A program made the translations under genes and the position numbers. A stretch of 64,000 nt of DNA from Basidiobolus meristosporus CBS 931.73. Lineage: Eukaryota; Fungi; Basidiobolomycota. Below the pieces are notes generated by a model that saw only the letters and a program-made list of their open reading frames with translations, was not told where the DNA came from and made no database searches. Position 1 is the stretch's first letter; the number at the start of each line of letters is the position of its first letter. Below, in pieces: positions 39,580-53,097 of the stretch. The stretch lies in the NCBI GenBank assembly GCA_002104905.1, contig MCFE01000035.1:141624-205623 (forward strand), in the 5' to 3' direction.

Positions 39580-42091
39580 ATGGATTCCTCAGACTCACGG
39601 CTTCCCGAATCGCCGAGTACAACCATCCATCCTCTGGAAGTATGCCACCCAAACGATGAGCATGATGTCGACGATGCACACGGCAGTAAGAGTGCTTCGC
39701 AACACACCACAACCGATGCCCCATACACTCATACAAAACTCTCAGGCCCAACACTTTACTACAAAGGAAATCCCGATGTTCAATACTTTGACTCGCGAGT
39801 ACTGAATGATTTCTTCCCCAACCAAGACTTCACCGCTGCCGATCAATTGTTCGACGGAAACAGTTACAAAGGGATTTTTATGGAAGCAAATAGACTTTTA
39901 TACATACTATACGACTGGGCTGTGGCCTTCGACAGGAGACTGAATACCTCGTTTCCAAGCTACAGCACACTAAAAGTACTTAGTATATGGTCGGCCGTTT
40001 TCGTCATGGATGCCATCATTCCTGCGGATTTTAGAGTCGAATGGGGGCTCGCATCCTTGATGTCAGCCGTGGCGTGTGTCAAGGCCTACCAAGCATCTCC
40101 CTCGATATCACTTGCGCTCATCCTCTTTTTGCTTTTCATGGATATCATGATCTGGACTGTAGTCCATCCATTGTTAGATAATGTGGCTCTATATGTTCTG
40201 GCAGATTCTTCGTTTTACTTGTCGATAGCCAGTAGTATTCGAGGGCTCGATTCGTTGTCTTGGCTGATATGTCTTGGGATCTTCTCGGTCGATTTATACG
40301 GAAGATCACTTGGCCCCGCAAGCGGCACTTTATTCGTTCCTATTCATGCTGTGAGCTATGGTGTGTATGTTCTCGCGGCTGAAACGCTATGTCAGATTAT
40401 GGAATGGAAGAACCACCGAATATCTTCGTCTGATATTAGCGTAGAGGAGTCTTACTTGAACCAACGATCCCGTCACCAGTTCCTTCGCATCAACGGCAGT
40501 CATGAGACGGATTCCCAGAGCAACGCGGCCCATCGGACCCAAAAGTATTCACCCCTTCGGAAGCCCCGGAGAATACCCGGCACTATCCGACAACGGCACA
40601 GTGCAGCCCCGGCCCCTATCAGCGATCCAGCCTTTCTCAAAGACGCCAAAAGTGGGAAACAGTCTTCAGATTCTCTTATACGTACCTCGCACGGAGAAGA
40701 AATCCCCAACAGTTTTGATCTATGTATTTCTAGAATCACTCCAGTCTCTGTCACTTTGTATTGGATCCTGCCTGAAACGATCTTACATACTTTGGGTGCC
40801 TCAGGTAAGGCACACGGAGATGATCACAGTCCAGTACCTACAAAAGTATCTACATCTGTCTCGGAAGAGCCAAAAGAAAAGAGCACGGAGAGCAGTTCTT
40901 CTGGAACCTCCGAAGCGGTTGATGGCCCTAGCACTGCAAACGCCTCTATATTGCCCATAGAGGTCAGCAGTATAAAGATCAGGGTCGACAACATGCTCTG
41001 GCAGGACGTTGATGTTAGCGTCGAAGAAGCCAACGCTACTATTCAAGGGCTCAACCCCATTACTGAATACGAAGTCACCATCACTATCATGGGGTACAGA
41101 AGTGCAATATGCCGCTTCTGTACCTCGCCCTCGACTGGTAAGCTGATCTCAATGTCTGAGCTCGCTTCTAGTTAGCACTATCTGACGAATTTGCGTCTTT
41201 CCACAAACAGGTATAGCGGACCATCATGTCGCCACCACAGAAGCACCCATTGTCGAGCCCAAAATAGAAACACATGCCGAGGACGAAAAGAAACCCCGGT
41301 TACCTGATGAGCCCGATCGCTACGCACTCTACCAAACGCTCACGTCCGAATTGAACTTCGAGAAGCAGCAGAAAAAGGAGGCTCTGCTATCTTTAAAGAA
41401 GTTGAAGCGTGATCTTCAGAAGTCCGAAGCACAGCTTCGTAACGAAATCGAGATTCTAAATCGCAATCTCGCCAAATCCAACGCGATGGACGTCCGTTCC
41501 AAGTCGCGAATCCAGTTTCTTCAAGAGCATCTTCGGCAAATGGACGCTCATTCGAAATCGGTAGTCGAGGAGATCGCAGCCGTGAAGCTGGAACAGGCGG
41601 AGATACGTAACCGTATCATCAAAGCTGGTGAAGAGGCGAATGCGTGTAGACAACAACTGAAAGAAGTTGAAAAAGAACTTCAAAAAATAAGCAACGAACA
41701 CGCCAAACAATTGAAGGAGATTCAAGCCAAAAACCAGAAATTGTCTGCCACCCATAAAGAAATCAAAAGCAAGATCCAGGCAATACAAGATACAGAAATC
41801 GTGAACCTTCGGAACCAACTCTCGCGTATCGAAGGGGATATTGCTAATGCATTGACACGCCGTACCGAACTAGCAGCCCGTGAGGATGAAATCTTTGACG
41901 CAGAAAAGCGCACCATTCAAACATATGAGGCAGATTGTAGATTGCTCCGACAAGAAATAGCAGAGGCTGAGAAGCGGGTAGTGATACTTCGAGCAACTAT
42001 GGAAGACGAGGTTAAGTTTGTTAACCAACTGACTATTGAATGCCAAAACCTCCACTCGGTTCAAGCAAGATCGAGAGCCGATTCACTTTGA
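39580..42091 (+). CDS. Membrane protein: macoilin-like TM domain + FN3 + long coiled coil (AcrB-like architecture); intron near 41137-41209
   Basis: TM block TLKVLSIWSAVFVMDAIIPADFRVEW...IHAVSYGVYVL. FN3-like ITPVSVTLYW...IQGLNPITEYEVTI. Heptad-rich C-terminal ORF 41351..42091. Confidence 0.7.
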
Positions 42092-43485
42092 GTCGTTTGT
42101 CATCTTGTAGATGATTTCTTTCGCTTGTACACAACAAATTGGAGCACTTAACCCATCCCCCGGTTGTTGTTTGCTTTTCAAGCTGAAAACCCGTGCATAA
42201 ATTTTGTCAAATAAATTTCAACCATTCGGAAATTTTCATTCACTTGCTCTCTGAGAAAGTACCTTATCAGTATGCTGGACATCATGGACGAACTGCTACT
42301 CATACTCAAATTCGGTTCTATTTATGGCTATTCGACTACTTGTTTTAGTAGAGAGAAACGCTGGGCAGAGATCACAAATAGGTGATTAGCACCGGTACAC
42401 ATGAATCCGTTCCAACTTGATCCTCTATCGACTTTCGGCCAGTCTGGTGATCTCGGCGATAGCCGAGTCCACCGACAATCGTCGATCCAACAATTACTGG
42501 TGACGAAATTATCTGTTGGGCTATAATCCAAATCCTGTATGATTGAAGTGTAAAACAATATAAATGCATCACTTATTTCTTTCTTATTTCATTAGTTTTA
42601 AATTAAGGGTCATCGGAGAGGATTTCTAATTCTGAAGACACAGGGTGTTATATAAGGGCAGCAAAAATGCCTCAATCCATCTAGGTGTTGGTATTTCAGA
42701 TGGACCCATCTAGAAATGTAAATCCCCACCTCTTGAAGGCTTAATATATTGATGCTTATTAGTCTATTTTAGTTTGACTCATATCTGAACATACTTTAAG
42801 ACCACCACTCACTTGTATTTAACACAAATCCGAGTGGTTGTGACTGATGGGCGGCAGAAACCAATAGCGTAAAGCTCTCAACTATCAACTGATGGAGAGA
42901 TTAATGCTATTGGTTAGATTTCACATCAGCAAATCCTCCCAAGTTAATCAGCTGGGATCAGTGTGATCAGTTCAGATTGGTCCTTCAGCCAGCATAATAT
43001 GAATGTTCCGTTGCAACGCATGGGATTAGCGTTATGAATGCAATGAATAGAGAATAGGATGTTGTTAATATACGCACACTCAGCCGCGAAATGTTTATTT
43101 GCCATCAACACACCCACAGGAGAAATCAACATCAACTCTACGCGTGTCTATGCCACTTAGATGATGACCAGCCTGAAATAAATCTAACGCTAAGACTGGA
43201 GAGCACTGATCCTTTCCAAATTAGCAGCAGCGGAGGGCATCCGCCTCTAGCAGTCTAGTTCGAGTGAATATCACTGAATATGAAATTCAGTTAGGAAAAT
43301 AAGTCAATGCCAATAAGAATTAACAATCGTTTGCGGAAATAGTCCAATCCCAAATGGAATTAAAGGGATCAATAGAAAATCTCCTTTAGCCTGATCCCTT
43401 GAACCGATTGATGTTCGATCCTCTCCTGCCAACAATGCACTTCTTATGCTTACCAATTATTTAGGCTGTGTGTAACATCGCATCC

Positions 43486-43495
43486 TATATATAAA
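43486..43495 (+). promoter_or_regulatory. Candidate TATA box of the Cu-ATPase gene
   Basis: TATATATAAA about 130 bp upstream of the ATG at 43625; position-based inference only. Confidence 0.4.
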
Positions 43496-43624
43496 GCCGA
43501 TGTTTATGGAGCAACAATCATCAATTCAATATTACTTCATAAGCTTGAGTTTTTCTGGGTTTTCGCTTTTCGTGGCGCTTCTACTCCACTAAATCCTACA
43601 CTTCGCTACAACATATACACAAAG

Positions 43625-46600
43625 ATGATCTCCACTTTCACAGTCAGCGGGATGACCTGTTCTGCCTGCGTAAACGCTATCGAGTCAGCTCTGAAAAAAC
43701 GTGCTGGCGTCAAACCCGACTCAGTCTCTCTCTCCCTTCTTACTGGCAAGCTTGTGCTTGAACACGATGCAAGCCTCATCACAACGGCTGACCTTTCCCA
43801 AAACATCGAAGATCTCGGGTATGATGTACTTGACTCGTCATACGAAGAGAACGAGGCAGCCAATGACGATACTGCCATCTCGATGGACGGGGATGCCGAG
43901 AAGATGACGACCCATCAAAGCAATGACAAAATGGAAAATGCCATTAATACCAAAAAAGAGGTCAAGAAAGTCAGTACCATTCGACTGATACTATCTGAGG
44001 ATCCAGCTTTTACTACAGCCTCACGAAATGTTGATACCCTTAAAGAGCTACTCTTATCAAAGGACGGTATCACTTCGATTTCGCTTTCTCTAAGGAACAA
44101 TGGCAAGGCTACGGAAACAAAGGCTTCAAAGGTCTACAAATCCCTGTATATGAGCAAGTTCAACCGAACAGCAGGGATGAACAAGCCGGAGTACTCGCTT
44201 ACAATCCAGCACCAGGGGCATACTATTGGTATTCGCTCGCTAATTACCATCTGTAAAGAACAAGGCTATCTGGCCAAAGTTCTTACAAATAACTCCAACC
44301 AAAACGTAAATCTTCAGGCGAGGGCCCAGGGAGAAATCCGCAAAGCTCGTAAGAAATTCCTCTTCTCCCTGATATTCGCTATACCAGCATTTGTCATTTC
44401 TATGGTGATTGGAATGTTCCTTCCATCGGACAATGCCGCTTATCTCTTTTTCAAGCAAGACATTTTTGGATTGGAGGGCCTTGGATTAGGCGCCTTCATC
44501 ATGTTTATACTCGCAACAATCGTACAATTCACTCTCGGAATCCCATTTGTACAGCATGGTTACAAGTCAATTGTCCGCGCGAAAACTGCCAACATGGATG
44601 TATTAGTTGCCCTTGGGACATGGGTTGCTTACATCGCATCCGTTGTGAACATTATCGTCAAAATCGTAACCCCTTCTGAGCACATGGATAGCCATATGGA
44701 TACGCACAACATGGATTTCTTCGAAACGTCCATTTTTTTGATTACTTTCATCCTGCTCGGAAAGTACCTTGAAGCCTTCGCCAAAGAGAAAACCGTCGAT
44801 GCCATGGTAAAGCTGACGAACCTTCAACCTGAAAGAGCTATTCTTGTGCATTTGATGGAGAACGGAGAAGTAGAGAAGGAAGAAGAGCTGCCTCTAGAGT
44901 TGATTCAAGTAGGCGATATTTTGAAGGTCAATGCTGGCGGACGCCTTCCATGCGACGGTGTGATTGTTCGCGGATCCACTGCAATAGATGAGTCCATGCT
45001 AACAGGAGAGCCAGTCCCTGTGCCCAAAGATGTTGAGGATGAAGTGACTGGCGCCACCATCAACCAAAGCGCAACTATCTTTATGAGAGCAACACGTGTT
45101 GCATCGGACACAACCCTTTCGCAGATTATAGACCTCGTACAGTCGGCACAAGCCACTAAATCCCCACTAGAAGCGCTGGGCGATCGTATATCCCACTTCT
45201 TTGTCCCAATCGTCGTATTTCTGGCCATCCTGGTGTTCGTCATTTGGATATTGCTAACTCATTTTGGCCGGATTCCGCAAGACTGGATCCCAATGAACCA
45301 GGGCAACGTGTTGTTTAGTTTATTCTTTGGATTGTCGGTCTTAGTGATTGCGTGTCCATGCGCGCTGGGCCTTGCTAGTCCAACTGCCGTCATGGTGGGA
45401 ACTGGAGTAGCTGCCAAGTACGGTATCCTTATCAAGGGTGGTGGTGATACCATGGAACGTGCAAGTAAATTTGATGCAGTTGTTTTCGACAAAACTGGCA
45501 CCTTGACATTGGGGAGACCAGAGGTGGCTTCCGTAAAAAGCTTAGGTTTCAACGACGCGGAAGCCAGCGATTGGATTCAAAAAGTAGCTCAACTCTTGGC
45601 CTGCTCCAGCGATCATCCATTGTCCAAGGCAATCTCGAAATACACGCAGGCCAATGGAAACCTTGATAAGGTTTCGATTACCTTGGAGTCGGTGAAGGAA
45701 GTCCCCGGAAGAGGCCTCATGGCCGAAATCTCCACATCATATATTCCAAAGGCATTGGTGTCAGCTCTCGGCTTAGATAGAAAGAATTCATCAGGAGCAC
45801 TTCGGTTCTCGGTTGTTTACGGCAATGAAAATTGGATGACCCAGAACCAGTGCGAGTATCCAGCCACTATATACTCACCGCTGATTCGCGCAGAGTTGGA
45901 TAAACACCAATCTGAAGGTGGGACGCTTGTTATGCTCGGCTTCTCTCTATTGGGTTCGGCGAATGACCTGAAAGAAAAATCCCCTCTACAACAGAATGGC
46001 CACGTTTTGGGCTATTTTGTTCTGGCCGATATTATCCGCGAAGAAGCGAAGAGCACTATCGACGCCCTTAAGAAACAAGGCAAACAAGTGTGGATGATTA
46101 CGGGTGATAACGAGCTGACCGCCAAATCTGTAGCTGGTAAATTGGGGATTGAGAACATTCTGGCGAATGTACTTCCGGAACATAAAAAAGCCAAAGTGCA
46201 ATGGCTCCAACAGCAGCCTATCCAGAAGGTCAATCCCGACCCAAGCCCATTCAGAGCCCGCAGCCGATTCTTCCGATGGAAGGTTAGTCCCATGCAGCAA
46301 GCTCCAACAAAACGGATGCTAGTTGCTATGGTTGGTGATGGTATAAACGACTCACCAGCCCTGGCTCAAGCAGACATAGGCATTGCTATGGGCGCTGGCT
46401 CAGATATTGCACACTCGGCAGCTCAGGCGGTTCTATTGCGCTCAAGACTCGATGATTTGATTATCCTGTTCTCCTTGTCGAAGAAAATCTTCAACCGAAT
46501 CCGATACAACTTTATTTGGGCTTTTGGGTACAACGTTCTCGCGATACCTGTGGCTGCCGGAGTGTTCTTCCCAATCTTTAAGGTTGCGCTGCCACCTCCA

Positions 46601-46684
46601 CTGGCCGGGCTCCTGATGATTGGCTCTAGCCTGAGTGTACTCAGTTCATCTTTAGCCTTAAAGCTCTACAGACCTCCCAAATGA
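43625..46684 (+). CDS. CCC2: Copper-transporting P1B-type ATPase, intronless
   Basis: HMA GMTCSACVN, TGEP, CPCALGLASP, DKTGTLT, SDHPL, GDGINDSPALAQADIG, and YN and MxxSS TM motifs. Orthology to CCC2 versus Crp1-type exporters was not tested. Confidence 0.92.
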   Translation: MISTFTVSGMTCSACVNAIESALKKRAGVKPDSVSLSLLTGKLVLEHDASLITTADLSQNIEDLGYDVLDSSYEENEAANDDTAISMDGDAEKMTTHQSNDKMENAINTKKEVKKVSTIRLILSEDPAFTTASRNVDTLKELLLSKDGITSISLSLRNNGKATETKASKVYKSLYMSKFNRTAGMNKPEYSLTIQHQGHTIGIRSLITICKEQGYLAKVLTNNSNQNVNLQARAQGEIRKARKKFLFSLIFAIPAFVISMVIGMFLPSDNAAYLFFKQDIFGLEGLGLGAFIMFILATIVQFTLGIPFVQHGYKSIVRAKTANMDVLVALGTWVAYIASVVNIIVKIVTPSEHMDSHMDTHNMDFFETSIFLITFILLGKYLEAFAKEKTVDAMVKLTNLQPERAILVHLMENGEVEKEEELPLELIQVGDILKVNAGGRLPCDGVIVRGSTAIDESMLTGEPVPVPKDVEDEVTGATINQSATIFMRATRVASDTTLSQIIDLVQSAQATKSPLEALGDRISHFFVPIVVFLAILVFVIWILLTHFGRIPQDWIPMNQGNVLFSLFFGLSVLVIACPCALGLASPTAVMVGTGVAAKYGILIKGGGDTMERASKFDAVVFDKTGTLTLGRPEVASVKSLGFNDAEASDWIQKVAQLLACSSDHPLSKAISKYTQANGNLDKVSITLESVKEVPGRGLMAEISTSYIPKALVSALGLDRKNSSGALRFSVVYGNENWMTQNQCEYPATIYSPLIRAELDKHQSEGGTLVMLGFSLLGSANDLKEKSPLQQNGHVLGYFVLADIIREEAKSTIDALKKQGKQVWMITGDNELTAKSVAGKLGIENILANVLPEHKKAKVQWLQQQPIQKVNPDPSPFRARSRFFRWKVSPMQQAPTKRMLVAMVGDGINDSPALAQADIGIAMGAGSDIAHSAAQAVLLRSRLDDLIILFSLSKKIFNRIRYNFIWAFGYNVLAIPVAAGVFFPIFKVALPPPLAGLLMIGSSLSVLSSSLALKLYRPPK

Positions 46685-47168
46685 ACTGGCGCTATAGCGT
46701 AGCTTCAATTCACCCAAATGAACTGTTGCCAGAGCGTAGCCTCAAATATATATTTGGATATCATATACTCATTATAGCTTCGAAGCCTATCACTAACCAC
46801 GTGCAAGATCTTGTAAACTAGATTGTACATGCAAATAAATAAGTTCATCTAATCTACGCAACCTATTGCTCACCCCGGACATCCTTTTTGACACCCGCAT
46901 CGTTATCTGCATACGAAATGTCTCCAGTGTACACTCTCCAAAACCCCATCCTGGCAATCTGGAAGGCATATCGAGATTTGTCCTCCCATTCAGTCAACAA
47001 ACAAACAGTAAGCCTATGTCGAGGTTCACTAATCGGCCAATTTAATTCATGTTGCGTAAATAGAAACAAAACTCGTGGATATGTGGATATGTGATGTGAG
47101 CTATCCGTGAGATTAGTTGATATTAATTAGATGATTGAAATGTTGCATGGTACTACTACTGGAATATG

Positions 47169-48652
47169 TTACAACATCCACTTCTTGAAGGATTCGACCT
47201 CGCTCTTTCTGACATCCTTGAGTGACTTGGAGTCGAAAGGAGAGTCAGAGCCGAGATCGGTGCAATGTGATCCCTTCTCGATAACGAAGAGAGGGTTAGC
47301 TGGCTTGCTGGTGCGCTTAGGAGCATAAGGAGAGTTGACAGAGAGTTTTCTCCAGGGGTCGATTTGTCCATCAGCGTAGAAGATTCTGGAGGTGCGGACG
47401 TTCCATCCCTTGTGTTTGCGGTTGAATTGGGCGATACTAGGATTCATCTTTCTACCAAATATCTTCTCGCAAGCTCCCAGTTGTTGCTTCAAGTCGCAAT
47501 ACTTGGAGCGAACGCGGGGGAGCTTTCCACGGGGAGCGGTCTGGAAATAACCAAGCTCGAGGCAGGTTTGCCAGTACCAGCCCTTGGTATCGTCATGGGC
47601 AAGGTTCTTGCGCATGCCGTCGTAGTCATAAAAATGAAGGGAATCGGGGCCAGTGACCTGGTTGCGGATATAATCACCCCAGACCTTGAGTTTCTCAGGC
47701 ATTGTCTTGGCAAAAGCGAATGGGCTACAGAAGGCCTCGAGAGGATCCACCTTGGCTGGCTTGTAGTATTGAACAAGTCCGGAGAGAATATCGGTGTAGG
47801 CAAAGGCGAAATCAGCATTGTCGGTGATGTTTTGAAGGCCAAAGGCAGTCTTAATCTTGAGGATATCTTTTTTGTTACCCTTGTCGAGTACGGAATCAAT
47901 ATACTTGGTGACCTGATGCAGATGCTCAGCACAAGGAATAGCCTCGGTCAAGGTAAGGTCGTATTCATAGAAGTCGGCCTTGGCTTGAACAGGGCCAGAG
48001 GAAGCCAATGCGGCATGAATGAGCTCAGGGTACTTTTGACGTCCCCATGAAGCTTGAGCTCCGGCGTAGGAACCACCAACAAGGGCCCACTTAGTTTTGG
48101 CGGTAACGCCCTGATACTTGAATTTCTTGATGAAGTTAGCAAAATCGGCCAAACCCTGATCGACAGTCAGGTATTTCATGCCCTCAAAGGTTGACTTCGC
48201 AGTGGGGAGCGACTTGCCATAGTAGCGATGCTCTAAACTGACCATCAGGCCATGGGTAGCTTCAGCAAGGTTGCGAAGTTGACCACCACCAACAGGTCTT
48301 GCGGGGCCCTCACCAGGAGAGTATACTGGGTACAGAGGTTAGCACCGAGGGTCGAAGAGAAATAACATCAAAAGGAGGAAGACTCACAATAGACCGGGCC
48401 ACCAGGCTTGAAGTAAGTGCTATTCACGAAATAGCGTTGCTTGAACACGGATGTTTTACGTGCGAAGTGGTCGATCTTCTGGTCAAACCAGTGCTCGGGA
48501 AGTGCTGTGGGATCTCTGGCCAAGATGTGAGGAATGCTTTGAATCCAGTCTTCGCCCTCAAGTTCAGCGTGGTGTCTCTTGATATGGACAGCACTGGTTG
48601 CCGAAAACAATGCCAAAGAACCAAAAATAGTCAAGCACGCTTGTATCTTCAT
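47169..48652 (-). CDS. Secreted serine carboxypeptidase, family S28
   Basis: Signal peptide, WFDQKIDHF, FKQRYFVN, intron 48326..48387, SLEHRYYGKS, LTVDQGLADFA, GGSYAG nucleophile motif, WYWQTCLELGYFQ, DPW and HCTDL. Confidence 0.93.
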
Positions 48653-48700
48653 TGCCTAGATAGATGAGGGAGATGATGGTGCTGATGCATCCCCCAGAGT

Positions 48701-48708
48701 TATTTATA
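48701..48708 (-). promoter_or_regulatory. Candidate TATA box of the S28 peptidase gene
   Basis: TATAAATA on the minus strand about 50 bp upstream of the ATG at 48652. Confidence 0.4.
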
Positions 48709-51315
48709 CATCGTTCAACTGGGGTGACCTGCATCACCCATCACTAGTATGCTCCATTTCGATCAACCAATGGAGCATATATCACAACTGCAACAAATCA
48801 ACTGCATGGAACTCTTTCATGGCGTGTTACCGAATTTCTCAAACCACCATCGAGGGCCAGCAGCCTTCGTAGCACAATTCCCATGTCCAAATGTGACTTC
48901 TTGGGACTCGGGCTAGCATAGCATTCCCAATCCTGAGGATTTCATATCCAGCAAGGTCATGTGGGCTTGCAGAGGATGAACACCAGAGCATTAGGAATTA
49001 CTCAATCGACTACCAAACCTGGTAATTGGCCAAATCCCGCTTCCCCGAGCAACTGCCAGTGGTCGATTGTTGATGTTACTGTTGATGTGATGCTTACTGA
49101 AGCAATTAGAGTTAGGCTTCGGATGAGATTTTGCAGTCATGTTGAACATTAGTCATGATGCGATGGTTTGGTGGTTTGGTCGAATTTCCCAATGTATTCG
49201 GGTCAAATCCCAATCAGGCTTTGCGTCCGCATGCTGACTGTTGTTTTGAAAACATGTTCACACGCACGAAAATCCCCAGCGCCGCTGATTCTATCGCTGA
49301 CCAGTTGCCCACCCAATATCATCCGATTCAGTGGAGATCCCGCCTATTATCATCAAGACGAAAAGTTTGAAAATACCCTTGCCGTGGGAGAAATGCTCGC
49401 CATTCGAAAATAGGAGAAACTTGACCAATTTAACGAAAGCTATCTCTTTCTGGTACTTTTGGGAACTAATGTAACCTACTGATCAGATGATCATTCCGAG
49501 GATCGTACTGTTTTCCGTGTTTAGCCTCAACAATTACTGCTTGCGATTGCTGATGTAAACCATGCCCAGGTGCCTTGCTTGAATATGTTCCGACCTTTCT
49601 TCGCTTTAGACTTTAAGAGCGATGCAGCAGCAATGGTCATATGACACCGCCTCTTATCAGCCATCAAAGAAGACCCTCGGCTTTTCTTAGTTGACACCAA
49701 TCGATTTGGAGCATACAAGAGTTCAGCACATGCCGTATATTGCCTTGAATACTTGTATTTCCCACGTTATGCCTGTGTAATGGTCTACGCCAGGTTACCA
49801 CCCTACTGCCCTGTTCTAAAGGTGAGGGTCATGTTACTGAATCTGTGAGTACAAGGATTTATGAGCTTTGGAATACTCCATATGGGTCAATATAGATTAT
49901 TCATATCGGGATATTACTTACCCATGATTATTCCACATGCGTGACTATTGTTTTCTATAGAAAAATATCTTAATCGATCTCATACGGTGGGAATCCAACT
50001 ATTTTAGTCCGGACTCCGCGGAGTAAACTTAGTCTAGACACTCCTACGAGATACCGGCATCCCCTTATTATCTGTTTCTAAATGCTCTATGTACACAATA
50101 TACACGCTATCAGTCTTTAGGCAAACCGCATCAGTTGGATAAATGTTCCCTGATTCTTAACTGATCGCTATCAAAAAGCAGTTAATTGACCAAGTACTAT
50201 AATGGAGATTTCATTGATCAATGGCTAATAAGACTTTTGATACCAACCGGTGTGCAATAGGAAACTCAACTTGGTAAGTTGATCAAGCCCCTTCTGGCCC
50301 GTATACTATGATTTCATCGTGCTCTTCTCTTGTAAGCTATTGAGTAACAATAGTATATAGTAACGTGGAGCTTGATAAAAGTATTAACTAGAAAATGCCA
50401 GGAAAGGGTACAGAGCATTATCAGCATACTTCGGGGGCTTTTAAATGCTTGGCAAAATTTTGCTTTCCATATCTTCATAAATTGGAAGAGTTACATAACA
50501 ATCATCCGCGCCTTGGCTTGTTGATATTTACCAAGTTGCCTATATTAGCATCAAAATTACTCATGCCGCCCAAGTTTTCGCATGACATTATTGGAATACA
50601 AATCAAGTCGTGTAAGTTGTCAATAATTCCATACTCGTTCAGTTTGTTAAAATCTCATAGTTTAGTCTAACACCCAAATAATGCATATATTGCTAGATTC
50701 TGTTCAGTAGCTTAATAAATTACGAATTATAGACTTGATTATGTCAAGCTTCTGTTTACTGATTGCCCATTTGGGAGTTGATAGACTAGAGACCTACTCA
50801 GTGAGATACTGAGATGGTGAAGTTACCAATGTTGTCAAAATATGAATAGTCTGGCGCTAAACACGTAGAATTAATGTCAAATAACTAATAGCATTGACAC
50901 GGTCAGAGTTTCCTCAATATATTGTTAAAATTGGTGTAGTAACTGTATCAAAACTACTTTATTCAAACTATCCACGAGTTGAGTACTACATTTGAGTGGT
51001 TATATTGCAATATATTTGATGGTAAGTAATAGATATGCCATTTTCTTAACAAAAGGTACCAGTTACCAGCATTCAGATGCTCCATTAGGAGCAGCCAAGC
51101 AATACATCCATGCAATTTGTAATTAATACTCAGGCATGAGAGTTACACTTAATTCCAGCTCATACAAACTAGACTATTATTTTGAGAGTCTAGGCAAGGT
51201 TGGAAGCAATTGAGTGGACTAAAGGGTTATGTTGTAATTACTTGATGGTTTATTGAATTCAGAAGTGACAACTATTCAACAATAGTAGGTGGAATATGTT
51301 TATTAAGGCACCAAG

Positions 51316-51810
51316 TGCTGTAAGAGTTTTGGACATATTAGCAGTGATTGGGAGAACAAGTAGATAATGAGGTTTTCACCTAATGATGTGTTGAATGTAA
51401 TAGTGGTATTTATGCTTTTACTTGGTCTTGGCAAAAGAACTGTGTAGAATATGCTTAAGAGGGTCCCAAGAATGTGTGCAAATTTTGGAGCTGTTTGACA
51501 GCTTAAAATATTTTCTCCAAAACATTGGGTACCCAGAACATGAAAAACTGTTGGGGCACAACCGGGAATTTGGCCAGAATTATCCAGGACTTGGCATAAC
51601 AAACACGTAGAATAGGTTAAGGATGGTCCCAAGAACATGTGTGCAAAGTTTGGGGCTGTTTGGACAACTTTGAGAAGTTTCATGTTCTGGGTAAATATTC
51701 CAAGTAAATCCCAACAAGGAATTTAGTCAGTATTCTCTAGGATTTGAAGGTAATGATCTAAGTGACTAGGTTAGGTGAACATTTAGGTGGAGTTACAAAC
51801 TTTTACAATA
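51316..51810 (-). mobile_element. Rearranged LTR(s) of the same family, inverted, with an internal duplication and a short forward-oriented segment
   Basis: The reverse complement matches both LTR ends (TATTGTAAAAG start at 51810; CTTACAGCA end at 51316). The central LTR block occurs twice, separated by a forward-strand GGTACCCAGAACATGAAAA segment near 51505-51545. Confidence 0.8.
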
Positions 51811-53097
51811 GTAATTACTCAATTGACAACACCAAGGCAATGTGAGCAAAGCTTGGGGGTTTTTGAGCAGCCAATTAAACTCAGATGTTCAGGGTGCCTG
51901 CCATTTTGGAGCAGGTATTTTAAGCAAGTCCAAACAGAGAGTTTGAGGTGAAAGTAGGATGTTCATATGCCAAGATCCAAGTAGCAAAGTTTATGTGAAA
52001 ACTAATGGTTGAATGCATATTCTACTGCATATGCATTAGCACTTGCTGGGAAGTTAGAAATGAGATAAAACCCTGTGCACTGTGTTATGCTTCACATTAA
52101 GCTATGGTATATAATGATGCAATGAAGATATATGCACTTGGTGTACTCATGATATCAAGGTAGCATTGAAATTTTTGGCAGAATGCTAACAGGCAATAGC
52201 AATCATTCAGAATGGCTCATAGAATGTAGCTTTAATAGAGTAATTGCAAAGTTACCAAAATTTTCCCAGATTCCTATGTCAGAGAACTGGCATGTTTGCA
52301 ACAGTCATTGTCAAGTCAAGTAGCTCCTGATTCACTAACACACTAAATTGAGTACTCAGTTATACAAGTGGCTACAGAGATAAACTATATCAATGCTATG
52401 AGCAATAGCAAACAAGTATGCTTCTTTGCCTGGTGTCCTAATGACAACATACATGGCATAACCCATTGCAGCATACTATTGTAACCTACACAGTGTTTAG
52501 CCATGAGTAGTCTAGTACTTCTATGTATTAACAAACAAATATCCTGCCTTCCTCAAACACCCTTGCAAACAGTTAAGTTGCAACTAAGCCAATTTAACAT
52601 ATTTAGTCTAACAAAGGCTCTACAAATAGCACTAAGCTACTGTACAAAGGTCAGCAAAAATACAGCTAGGGCTATACCTACATATTAGGAACCAGACTTT
52701 GAGAGTATGCTTGAGCATAACACTACATAATGCCTATATGTTTTATCATACACTCTGCTTGAAGTATGAGGCTTTGTTGCTAACTTAAGCAGTTGTAAAA
52801 ATATAAATGTCACTTGTGTGATAAAGCATTAGTTGTAAATACCTAGCTAACCTGAAACCACACATAATTCTAGATTTCCTGATCCTCAAGTTACATGTAC
52901 CAATTTGTAATACATATTGCAGTCTGCTGTGCATCAACTTTAAAAAAAACACTGGACCAAAATACAAATTGCATGATTCAATGTACAGAGTAGTGACACT
53001 AAATCTTTAATGCTGAGTTCCTTGTGCCTTGTTAAATGCAAGTTAGTTCTTATACTTTTACATAGCCAAGACAAAAAAAACTTGGGCTGTTTGGACA

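Noticed and set aside
47364-48050. 228-aa antisense ORF opposite the S28 peptidase, and similar antisense ORFs elsewhere
   Set aside because: By-product of strong codon bias on the coding strand.
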